Shown here: positions 1 through 8,120 of the stretch, piece by piece
Position numbering within the stretch: the first letter of the stretch is position 1
Layout of the letters: each line of letters opens with the position of its first letter
The notes under the pieces: generated by a model
Databases searched by the model: none
Told to the model about the DNA's origin: nothing
What the model saw: the letters and a program-made list of their open reading frames with translations, nothing else
Program-made: the position numbers and the translations under genes
Source: a virus
Taxonomy: Duplodnaviria > Caudoviricetes
Direction: 5' to 3' (one strand)
Virus record (IMG/VR): IMGVR_UViG_3300038849_000072
Span: 500-64,499 of that record
Length of the DNA stretch: 64,000 nucleotides

Positions 1-200
1 TTTTTCAGATAGTATACTTTCGCGAGGTCTGCAATTGTCTGAAGTTTGTCCCTGGTGAAGTCATTGCCGGATGAACCAGACAGGATCTCCCATCCGGATG
101 TGATAGGTAATGCCCGCTCTAATGTGTCTAGTCGTTCCTGCAGTAACGATAGAGCTAGAGACTGCGTTTGAATAATGCCTTCCGCTTCCTGGATCTCCAT
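1..200 (-). CDS. Portal protein, N-terminal fragment (runs off the window start)
   Basis: Own translation from ATG at 200: MEIQEAEGIIQTQSLALSLLQERLDTLERALPITSGWEILSGSSGNDFTRDKLQTIADLAKVYYLK, open to base 1. Resembles portal N-termini and is preceded by the late-promoter motif. Confidence 0.7.
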   Translation of the reverse strand, partial: MEIQEAEGIIQTQSLALSLLQERLDTLERALPITSGWEILSGSSGNDFTRDKLQTIADLAKVYYLK

Positions 201-217
201 GATTACAGGAAGAGTTC

Positions 218-246
218 AAAAATAGGAGTGATAAAGGGCAGGAGAA
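218..246 (-). promoter_or_regulatory. Late promoter motif, copy A (portal)
   Basis: + strand AAAAATAGGAGTGATAAAGGGCAGGAGAA; TATA-like core ends 29 nt before the portal ATG; 27/29 identical to the copy at 51614. Confidence 0.75.
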
Positions 247-396
247 TTAATCTAACCTGATACACATGATTCGGTGCCCTATCCAATCTTTTGGAATTAG
301 TGCCGCACCTGTATTCCCTTGTTGTCTGGCGATAACCTCCACCATCTCTCTTCCATGTTCATCATGGTAGATTGGATCCTTACGAGGTCTCCCCAT
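247..396 (-). CDS. Small DUF2080-like protein (49 aa)
   Basis: Own translation MGRPRKDPIYHDEHGREMVEVIARQQGNTGAALIPKDWIGHRIMCIRLD; GNxxxxxIPKDWIG motif; ATG overlaps the upstream TAA. Confidence 0.6.
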   Translation of the reverse strand: MGRPRKDPIYHDEHGREMVEVIARQQGNTGAALIPKDWIGHRIMCIRLD

Positions 397-914
397 TAAA
401 AAGAGCCCTCCCAGGCTTCTGAAAACTCTTCGTCTGCAAACATTTCAGCAAGCCCGCTTATTTGTTTCAGTCTCAATACCTCATCCGGACTCATCCCCAA
501 TTCTTTTCCGATCCTCTGATCTGACCAGTTACGCCGGGATAAATCCTGCACAATCTCACTCATAGCACCCACCTGATGCTTCCCTCGTGCCCGATTATGT
601 CGGATAGTTGATGCCATCCGGTCTCCTTTGTCTGTCCGGTCTTCATTTACCACAACCACAGGGAGATGAGATAACCCCATCTTCTTTCCTACAATGTGCC
701 TATGAAACCCATCAACCACCTCGTAGCCATCTTCAGTTTCCCATACTACAATCGGCTGAGTAAATCCATCACTCTCGATAGATACCCGCAGCAGTTCCAT
801 TTCTGGAGGCGCTACAGAGTTTGGATTATAATCATTTGCATATACTTTGTCGGCAGTCACCCATTGCACCCGTGATACTGGATGATTCTTTGTCCAACTT
901 AAATCAGGTTCCAT
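396..914 (-). CDS. ibrB: IbrB-like ParB/sulfiredoxin-fold protein
   Basis: ANDYNPN, DGFTQPIV, VVDGFHR and TIRHNRARGKH motifs; directly follows the ibrA-like gene. Confidence 0.85.
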   Translation of the reverse strand: MEPDLSWTKNHPVSRVQWVTADKVYANDYNPNSVAPPEMELLRVSIESDGFTQPIVVWETEDGYEVVDGFHRHIVGKKMGLSHLPVVVVNEDRTDKGDRMASTIRHNRARGKHQVGAMSEIVQDLSRRNWSDQRIGKELGMSPDEVLRLKQISGLAEMFADEEFSEAWEGSF

Positions 915-2116
915 TGTTGCCTCCTCCTCTTCATCAGTTTTTGATATTTCTCATACGCTGCTGTTTTTGTTGGGCTGAATGACAATCCCTTGCACCAGAA
1001 ATCATTACGCAGAATGATCTTACAGATACGTTTCCATGATGGATGGTTATCTGATGCACCACAATCCTCTTCCTGTGTATCAGGCAACCCATCAGGATAT
1101 CCTCGGATCTCATACCACCGGAGATAAACCGCGATCTTATTCTTGTAATGCTCCCGGGTTGTTTTAGGCATTGATTCGAGGAGGAGCATGGCGAACTCCT
1201 GCCAAGTCTGACCCTCCGGAAGCGTTATCTGATTAATACCTAATACGTTCCCGCGTTCGTTTGCGTATATTGCCCCAAAGTTTGCACCGCTCACACGTGA
1301 TACTATCTTGTTCCAAGACTCCGGCTCGATGACATGAAAGAGCCATAAGCCCTGCCTCTGTTCGCTTCCGTATGGCTCACATATCCGCATTTTATGCAGA
1401 GATACTCCGGCCTGGTGCATCCGATCATAGAGTTTGTTATATGGTTTTCCTGTCTTCCCGTGATACTTCCAGATGTCTGATGTCTTCCAGTCATAGATCG
1501 GATATACGTTATACAGAGCTTCCCCGTGCCATGTAGTATAGCATTTCCCGTCGAGTGTCTGTTTCTTCCCCATTGCCACGGTTCGGAACCGATGCAGACT
1601 CTCATCTGACCTGATACCCACAAGGCACGCAGTCAATTTTCCTGCACTATACCAATGCCCGAACGCCGGAGCGAACTCCTCAAACGTCATTGCATGAGTA
1701 TAAAACGGAAAGAACTTCTCATCAGTTATTGCGATATCTGGAGGTGAGCGAACCCATAGATCTTTTTTGTTTTGATCCCATGCTACCCATTCCGGCTCAT
1801 ATTGTGATACTGCATTAATAGTTTTTAGCGGGAGTGCAACCCAATATGGAATAATTACATCTTGATAGTGTGTGAACATCTCCACGACGTGATCAATCGT
1901 AAGTTTGTATTGAGCTTCCCAATCAATGAATAAGCACCCTATCTTCTTCCCACGTCTCCGAGCCTCTTCTGCTACTAAATGTAGCATTACAGAAGAGTCT
2001 TTGCCACCTGAAAAACTCACATATATTTTTGGAAAGTTGTCAAAAGTCCATTCAATACGTTGTTTTGCAGCAGTTAGAACATCAATCCCAATTGGAATCT
2101 TCAGGGAACATTGCAT
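899..2116 (-). CDS. ibrA: IbrA-like PAPS-reductase/PP-loop protein (DUF3440 type)
   Basis: VSFSGGKDS PP-loop, VGIRSDES, YPIYDW, MRICEPYG and WKRICKIILRND motifs. Confidence 0.85.
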   Translation of the reverse strand: MQCSLKIPIGIDVLTAAKQRIEWTFDNFPKIYVSFSGGKDSSVMLHLVAEEARRRGKKIGCLFIDWEAQYKLTIDHVVEMFTHYQDVIIPYWVALPLKTINAVSQYEPEWVAWDQNKKDLWVRSPPDIAITDEKFFPFYTHAMTFEEFAPAFGHWYSAGKLTACLVGIRSDESLHRFRTVAMGKKQTLDGKCYTTWHGEALYNVYPIYDWKTSDIWKYHGKTGKPYNKLYDRMHQAGVSLHKMRICEPYGSEQRQGLWLFHVIEPESWNKIVSRVSGANFGAIYANERGNVLGINQITLPEGQTWQEFAMLLLESMPKTTREHYKNKIAVYLRWYEIRGYPDGLPDTQEEDCGASDNHPSWKRICKIILRNDFWCKGLSFSPTKTAAYEKYQKLMKRRRQQWNLI

Positions 2117-2447
2117 TTACTTCAGCCTCCATTAATCGAATTATTTCACCGGTTTCTTTTACTGTGCAGAAATAACGATCTCGTTTTGTCCAATTTACCA
2201 TTTCAAACACCTCGTATGCTTCACCAGACTCTAAAATATAATAGTAATAAACACCACGCGTTCCTTTAGAGTTTGAATGCGTATAATCCACTTTTGGGTT
2301 TAAAAACACACGCTTAAATTTATAATGTAGATCTAACCCGGTTATCCTGGCCACCCAGGGTTTTGGATGATAATATCCAACCAAATACCCAACCGTGCCA
2401 TAATCTGAACCATCTCCAATTCGTTCCAGTTTTAAAGAGGCTTTCAT
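2082..2447 (-). CDS. Conserved-looking phage protein co-transcribed with ibrAB
   Basis: 121 aa ORF overlapping the ibrA start; KPWVARITG...DYTHSNSKGTRGV...DRYFC; function unknown. Confidence 0.6.
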   Translation of the reverse strand: MKASLKLERIGDGSDYGTVGYLVGYYHPKPWVARITGLDLHYKFKRVFLNPKVDYTHSNSKGTRGVYYYYILESGEAYEVFEMVNWTKRDRYFCTVKETGEIIRLMEAEVNAMFPEDSNWD

Positions 2448-2452
2448 AAAAA

Positions 2453-2710
2453 TTAGTATTTGAGGAGGCTTTCGAGATCCGAGATATATTGCTGAATCTC
2501 TACTCTGATCTCTTCTTTAATCTCTTCAAACTCGTAATAATCCCGCTTTCCAAACAGTTCCCCGGCAAGAGTGTATATTCCGGTTTCGTCCTCTTCCATA
2601 CCGGCGAGTTTCCGCACAACAAATTCTGGGCAGATCTTATATTCAACATCGAGATTTCTTTTGTCGTGCTTGTCTGCGTAGTAGTTTCTGACTTCAATTT
2701 TTGTTACCAT
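2453..2710 (-). CDS. Hypothetical acidic protein, first gene of the ibrAB operon
   Basis: 85 aa ORF with a GGTGA ribosome site; TATTTATA box at about 2750. Confidence 0.6.
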   Translation of the reverse strand: MVTKIEVRNYYADKHDKRNLDVEYKICPEFVVRKLAGMEEDETGIYTLAGELFGKRDYYEFEEIKEEIRVEIQQYISDLESLLKY

Positions 2711-2801
2711 TTCATTTCACCTGCTACAATATTACATTGGTTTACCAAATATAAATAGTTATCTCAAATCAATATGCCATATGCGATGGTATATCCATTT
2801 C

Positions 2802-2852
2802 ACTATGTTATGTTCAATAACATAGTAAGAGTCAATAAATAACATAACATAG
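2802..2852. promoter_or_regulatory. Operator-like inverted repeat in a divergent promoter region
   Basis: Perfect 10-bp IR ACTATGTTAT-GTTCA-ATAACATAGT (2802-2826) plus further ATAACATA half-sites at 2839 and 2844. Confidence 0.6.
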
Positions 2853-2863
2853 AATAATGAGAT

Positions 2864-3145
2864 GTGAAAGAGGACTGGGTAACGTCAGAGACAAAACTTC
2901 GAGGAGAGGTAATTGATGTCGAACCGTATATTTACCTATCAGAATACGGGAACAAATACCGAATAACAAAGAAACAGGAGAATGTAGAAGTTAGATTGTT
3001 TGGATTTAAGGTATGCGCTAATTGCGGTAAGGACATACCTGATGAAAAGCCAACCGAAATACAGGGCGTTTGTTTTTGTTCCGGCACTTGTGCTGATGAG
3101 TATAGAGCAAATGGCAACGTAGAGTATTACTCCCCGGATGAATAA
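2864..3145 (+). CDS. Small zinc-finger protein (TRASH/YHS-like CxxC...FCSxxC)
   Basis: CANCGKDI...CFCSGTC motif; first gene of a + strand operon. Confidence 0.55.
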   Translation: MKEDWVTSETKLRGEVIDVEPYIYLSEYGNKYRITKKQENVEVRLFGFKVCANCGKDIPDEKPTEIQGVCFCSGTCADEYRANGNVEYYSPDE

Positions 3146-3301
3146 ATGCCAACATACCACGAAATTGACGGAGTGAAATACCGGCAGACTACCGTCCTCA
3201 TCCGGGAAGATTTACACGCTCTAGCTAAATCAGAGAAGTGGAACGTTTCGGCTTTGTTGAATAAAGCGCTTGAGAACAAACGAGACGGGTGGAAGGAATG
3301 A
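3146..3301 (+). CDS. Ribbon-helix-helix / CcdA-like small regulator (51 aa)
   Basis: Own translation MPTYHEIDGVKYRQTTVLIREDLHALAKSEKWNVSALLNKALENKRDGWKE. Confidence 0.6.
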   Translation: MPTYHEIDGVKYRQTTVLIREDLHALAKSEKWNVSALLNKALENKRDGWKE

Positions 3302-3437
3302 GAACCGAACGGGAACTCAAAGACAAACTCACAGAGATTGAGATGAAGTTGCTATATCATAGATTCGATGATTTAGAATATCTCCATACTTTACAAGAAC
3401 AATATTCCTTCTTGGAATGGGTTTTGGGTGATGCAGA

Positions 3438-3647
3438 ATGATCCCTGAATGCTGCGGGGAATGCCCTGCCATATTCTACAATCGGCAGTCTTGTAATAAT
3501 GTGTGTTCTGTAATGAGGGGGCCAACAGGAAACATTTACATTACAACCAATAGACTAAAGGACTGCCCTATATTTAATCCTGAAAAACGCAGTAGGCTTG
3601 TTTATGGTGATGGGCTGTGTAAGGATTACTATGAGGTGTTTGAATGA
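3438..3647 (+). CDS. Small Cys-rich protein
   Basis: 69 aa, CCGECP...C...C...DCP; coupled to neighbours by ATGA overlaps. Confidence 0.55.
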   Translation: MIPECCGECPAIFYNRQSCNNVCSVMRGPTGNIYITTNRLKDCPIFNPEKRSRLVYGDGLCKDYYEVFE

Positions 3648-3826
3648 TCCCACCGGTTGAAGTCAGGCAAGATAGGCCATGTGAGGAATGCATCTGCCAT
3701 ATTCCTGGTTCCCCATCCTGCAAAATGGTATATCTCAACCGTAGATGGTTATCGAAAGAGCCATGTAAATACCATTTAACCGCACGGGAATTACAGGAAC
3801 TCATGGATACCGGAGTGATTGGATGA
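3644..3826 (+). CDS. Cys-rich microprotein, MIPP family member 1
   Basis: MIPPVEVRQDRPCEEC...PCKYHLTARELQELMDTGV; paralogs at 3823, 61147 and 61413. Confidence 0.7.
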   Translation: MIPPVEVRQDRPCEECICHIPGSPSCKMVYLNRRWLSKEPCKYHLTARELQELMDTGVIG

Positions 3827-4008
3827 TTATGAATCTATCCCAGCGCAAATTAAGAGATTGCTCATGGTGCATTGCGTGCTATGGACCTGATAATATGTGT
3901 AATAATCCAATATCCGATTATTATGGAGCAACTGATAGAGGTTATCGGGATTGTAAATTTAATATTACTCCCGAAGAGTTGAGAGAATTAATAGGAATGG
4001 TTGATTGA
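3823..4008 (+). CDS. Cys-rich microprotein, MIPP family member 2
   Basis: RKLRDCSWC...C...DCKFNITPEELRELI; same Cys spacing and C-terminal helix as the others. Confidence 0.65.
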   Translation: MIMNLSQRKLRDCSWCIACYGPDNMCNNPISDYYGATDRGYRDCKFNITPEELRELIGMVD

Positions 4009-4039
4009 ACTCATCGGAAATTCCGAATAGTTCGAGTGA

Positions 4040-4269
4040 TGAACCATTAAGCAATCCTTAACAGTTGGTAACATGATGACTAAACAGGAACTAGACGACT
4101 ATAAACGCCGGATAGAATTGATCATGAACGATCATGAAACATTGAAACGGTCCGAAGAGTTCCATCGTAAAATGCAGCGCAAGAACGCTGAAGATATGGA
4201 TTTGAGGTTTACAATATGAACAATCAAGTAAAACTTGAGAGTTGAACCATTAAGAAACTCTTAACAGTT
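4040..4269 (+). repeat. 27-bp direct repeats flanking a 48-aa ORF (4073-4219)
   Basis: TGAACCATTAAGCAATCCTTAACAGTT (4040-4066) and TGAACCATTAAGAAACTCTTAACAGTT (4243-4269), 24/27 identical. Confidence 0.75.
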
Positions 4270-4417
4270 CAATCCAGTTTTGTTATCCTCACCCTGTGAC
4301 CTATCCAGTCCTTAGGCGGATACACCCGGCCGGTATTGCCCTGTGCCGTCACAGTCTCCTCAATATACTCATTGCCATTCTCATCAACCTTGACCGGGTT
4401 CTTGCGTGGCCGGGCCA

Positions 4418-4804
4418 TTACAGATACTCCAGTTCAACATCTTTATACCAGTCAACACTGGCAGGCAATACATTATCTTCATTCATTCGTGATATTGGCC
4501 CGTCTTCTAACCAGTCCCATATGTTCCCTGTCCAAGGTAACGGGTATTCTTCGGTTGACTCATATTCGTTCTGGTCTTTCTCAGCTTGTTCCAGGTCAAC
4601 AGTAATCATGAGTTCAGTATAGTATTTGCCATTGAACCTGACTTCAGCCGTTTTCTCATATGATATCGAATCGGTGAACTTATCCAGGTTCTCAAGCGTT
4701 ATCGGTTCTGTGCTTCTGATAGTTGCCTTAATCTGCTGAAATAATTCGGGGGTATCTTCCAAGAGGAGGAGGTCTGATTCGTCTGTGGTTATCATATTAC
4801 TCAT
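4418..4804 (-). CDS. Hypothetical acidic protein (start adjusted from 4927)
   Basis: ATG at 4804 removes the overlap with the upstream gene. Confidence 0.55.
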   Translation of the reverse strand: MSNMITTDESDLLLLEDTPELFQQIKATIRSTEPITLENLDKFTDSISYEKTAEVRFNGKYYTELMITVDLEQAEKDQNEYESTEEYPLPWTGNIWDWLEDGPISRMNEDNVLPASVDWYKDVELEYL

Positions 4805-5054
4805 CCTCATCCCAGGGCTCATCAGTCTCTTCAACTGATACCACTTTTCTATCGGTGATTCTAAAGAAATCACACCATCTGGAGAACTCTGATGAGTATG
4901 TGCAGATAACCTCTGGCAGTTCTTCATCCCATTCCTCTACAGGGGGCATTTCGTTCTCTGGTGAACCTGCCGGATATCCCATCATCTTCTCATACTCTTC
5001 CGGGCTGACCAGTGCCGTGACTGTAAATGTCACCATCAAATTCTTTTTTACCAT
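4797..5054 (-). CDS. Hypothetical acidic protein (start adjusted from 5189)
   Basis: ATG at 5054 follows the stop of the 5074-5295 ORF. Confidence 0.55.
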   Translation of the reverse strand: MVKKNLMVTFTVTALVSPEEYEKMMGYPAGSPENEMPPVEEWDEELPEVICTYSSEFSRWCDFFRITDRKVVSVEETDEPWDEDE

Positions 5055-5851
5055 TTCATTCATCTCCAAAAAATTATACTCCATTCCGGAGTATTCTGTC
5101 ACACTCTGCTCTGTTCTCTGGTTTACAGAGTCTCTCAATTTCGTCTGAATCACAGCCCCAATCCCGGAGACAGTGGTATACATACTCATCGTCTTCGTAG
5201 TCGGTCAAATCCCCGCACATTTCGGGCTGGTTCTTTTCAATCTCTGCGAAGTGCTCATTCATGATTTTATATAGTGCGTTTGTCATTGTTTTCACCCAAA
5301 TACAATTCTACCAGTAGTCAGAAATTCTGTAATGAATACATTCAATCTCTCTGGTTCATCCATCTCAAATGTCCCGTTTCCTACTTCGTTCTCATCTTCC
5401 ATACATCTCACAATCATCACCGGTCTGAATGTAGTATCATAGTCGATCTTTACTGTGTTTGTGGTCATCTTACTCACCTTTTTTGTTGTTGATTTGTTCG
5501 GAAGTCATTCGTGGCGGTGATATTGCTTAATTCATTCCCGGTGATTTCACGGTTTTTACCTATCGGATTTTATTCGGTTATCGTTTCAGGGCGGTGATCT
5601 GGTAGAATTTTTATCCCGGTTTATCACGGCTTGTCTCCATTTATTGTAACAACACACCGTTCCTTCCAGAGGTTTTCCCGGTTGCCCGATAACCAACCCG
5701 AGGGATTTACGGTTTTCATGTCCGAGTTTTACTTGGCCTGTATGAGTGTGCTGTTACATTACAATAGTGGGACTCACAAATATAAATAACTATTCATTCG
5801 ATGTCAGCACATACTAAAACATACTAAAATGTGTAAAAATAGTAGAAGAGA

Positions 5852-7330
5852 TTAAACCGGGCTTATCTCGTATGGTTCTTCGTATGTAACCGGGACTGTA
5901 TGCTCCTGTTTCACCGGTACAAGCATTCGAGCAGCGTAAGCAGTCATGTCTACCTGGTCATCATTCTTCCCCTTCGGGAATTTAAGTAACTCCTCTTCAA
6001 AGCCGTCCAGGTATGCAGCAGCCACGCGGTGATAAACTTTCCCGGCCTTGTATCTCATAGCCATTGGAACCGCACGGCTGTATTTATCTGCGTCTGCATT
6101 GACATCATAGATAGGTAATCCTGCTATCTGCAAATACTGTAATGTTGCAAGTCCTATACCATTCTTCTCTACCCCTATTGCAACCGGGTGATACCGAGGG
6201 TAGAGTTTCTTAACCTCATCAACCTGGTCAGGCACAGTCATTTGCATAGATAACACATCAACGAGTAACAGATCAGCAGCAGGAGTGAGATACCACGTTC
6301 CTAAAACCCCATAGTCGGCAGACGTTTTAGATGAGCCTGTTGGATCATATGTCTGGAAACAAACACAGGTGTTTTTAGGGACTACTATATCTGTATTCGG
6401 AAGATGCAAAATGAACAGATCGTCTTTTATCTCAAAGTATCTGAAATATTCTTTCTTGAACAGGCTTCCCTTTTCAGATAATGGTTTCCCCCTATACAGG
6501 GATGCAAAATCGTATGGCCCTAATGTATGCTCAATGTCCTGTAAATCATCCAGGTTGTGAAGTTCCGGGCATAGTGGTGTCCCTGGCAATCTGCCGAGGG
6601 GATCATTCTCTTCTGCAATTGCAGGGAAATTTATAACCGTCCATTTCTCTCCTTCGGTTTTCATTAACCAGCCGGATAGATCCTCTGTGTGCCACCTGGT
6701 TTGAATAAGGATAATGCATCCGTCTTGAGATAACCGGGTACGAATAACTGTCTTATACCAGTCGATTACATCTTTCCGGATGGTTTCTGATTCCGCTTCT
6801 TTCCGGTTTTTGTGGGGGTCATCAATAATTATCAGATTTGCCGGCTTGCCAGTTATCGGGCCTCCAACACCGGCAGAAATCATATATCCCCTCTGGTTTG
6901 CAATCTTCCAGGAGTCTTTCGCTTGAGAAGAGTCTGACAGTGCCAAATCCCAGATATCTAATCCTTGCGTCTTAAACAAGTTCCGAGCATTTTCAGAGAA
7001 ACCTGATGCTAAATCAGCGCCGTATGAAGTTAGAATGATTCGGTTGTTTGGATGATTCCCGAGATACCACACCGGAAACAGTTCAGACGTTGTATAACTC
7101 TTCCCGTGCTGAGGGGGCATGTTGAGAATAAGCCTTCGGATCTCTTTTCTTGCGACCTTCTCAAGAATGTCACAGAGATAATCCAGGTGATTATAGGGTT
7201 GCCAAAATTCGTCAGTCGCATATCTACAAAAGAATTTAAGCGACTCTTTCGATCTGACTCTTGCCTGATATGATAACTGATTAAACAGTATCGGGTTCTG
7301 TAAGTTTAAGGGCTGCGAGCAGCTGGTCAT
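5852..7330 (-). CDS. terL: Terminase large subunit
   Basis: Walker A NMPPQHGKS, Walker B IIIDDP, nuclease motifs YDP and NDDQVD. Confidence 0.95.
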   Translation of the reverse strand: MTSCSQPLNLQNPILFNQLSYQARVRSKESLKFFCRYATDEFWQPYNHLDYLCDILEKVARKEIRRLILNMPPQHGKSYTTSELFPVWYLGNHPNNRIILTSYGADLASGFSENARNLFKTQGLDIWDLALSDSSQAKDSWKIANQRGYMISAGVGGPITGKPANLIIIDDPHKNRKEAESETIRKDVIDWYKTVIRTRLSQDGCIILIQTRWHTEDLSGWLMKTEGEKWTVINFPAIAEENDPLGRLPGTPLCPELHNLDDLQDIEHTLGPYDFASLYRGKPLSEKGSLFKKEYFRYFEIKDDLFILHLPNTDIVVPKNTCVCFQTYDPTGSSKTSADYGVLGTWYLTPAADLLLVDVLSMQMTVPDQVDEVKKLYPRYHPVAIGVEKNGIGLATLQYLQIAGLPIYDVNADADKYSRAVPMAMRYKAGKVYHRVAAAYLDGFEEELLKFPKGKNDDQVDMTAYAARMLVPVKQEHTVPVTYEEPYEISPV

Positions 7331-7772
7331 CTGTTAATGTGGCTCCAATATTATAATCCATTGCTCCCTGTTGAGGTATTAGTGGAGAGATATTCTTATC
7401 CATATCGTTCAATCCTTCACGGATCTCTTTTGCTAGTGCGGCTATCTCTTTACCGTCCTGGTATTCTCCCGCCATTTTCTTATTGAGGAGTTCCATGAGA
7501 ACTGATGTTAATCGTATTCTATAACTATTGATATCGAATGATTGAGCTATTGAGGTTGCTATTATTGTATCGTTTCGTTCTATGATATTCTGTATTAATT
7601 CTTCTCTGAGGTCGTCGTGAGTATCGAAAAACCTCTGAACGGTATTTGGTGTTATTCGTGTACCGGATGTACCGGATAATTCACTTGCAATATCACGATA
7701 TGATTTTCCGGCTTGTCGTAAATTATACGCAGATTCCTCTAAATTGAATTTCTCGATTTTATTGATTGCCAT
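7281..7772 (-). CDS. Probable terminase small subunit
   Basis: N-terminal HTH (GKSYRDIASEL), helical protein directly upstream of terL. Confidence 0.6.
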   Translation of the reverse strand: MAINKIEKFNLEESAYNLRQAGKSYRDIASELSGTSGTRITPNTVQRFFDTHDDLREELIQNIIERNDTIIATSIAQSFDINSYRIRLTSVLMELLNKKMAGEYQDGKEIAALAKEIREGLNDMDKNISPLIPQQGAMDYNIGATLTDDQLLAALKLTEPDTV

Positions 7773-7838
7773 TTGCTTGTACCGGTTTGTACCGGATAGG
7801 TATTATCAGGGCCCTTACTCCCTGTAAATCATAGTAAC

Positions 7839-7867
7839 AAAAACAGGATATTTAAACGGCAGGAAAT
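7839..7867 (-). promoter_or_regulatory. Late promoter motif, copy D (terminase operon)
   Basis: AAAAACAGGATATTTAAACGGCAGGAAAT; same 29-nt spacing as the other copies. Confidence 0.65.
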
Positions 7868-7870
7868 GAA

Positions 7871-8077
7871 TCAGTAAATCATCATCAGTCCTATCATACA
7901 CAATCCCACGATTGAGAGTAACAATCCTATTGTCATATACCAGAGCCTGACTATATTGTGCTCTGCGTTTGTTATCCCTGCATGCAGTCCTATTTGAGTT
8001 CTGCAGAGTGATGCGATCACTTCATTTTGAGACCTGACATGATCCATGATCATGTCCGTATTGGTATCTGTTGTCAC
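7871..8077 (-). CDS. Small coiled-coil protein with a C-terminal transmembrane helix
   Basis: Ends in WYMTIGLLLSIVGLCMIGLMMIY; a degenerate late-promoter copy lies at about 8091-8118. Confidence 0.55.
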   Translation of the reverse strand: MTTDTNTDMIMDHVRSQNEVIASLCRTQIGLHAGITNAEHNIVRLWYMTIGLLLSIVGLCMIGLMMIY

Positions 8078-8120
8078 AAAGAAGAGTTGTGAAACGGCTG
8101 ATATAAAGGGTAGGAATTGA

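Noticed and set aside
4418-5295. Apparent long overlaps among ORFs 4418-4927, 4797-5189 and 5074-5295 suggesting frameshifts
   Set aside because: Internal ATGs at 4804 and 5054 remove the overlaps and give ordinary coupled genes.
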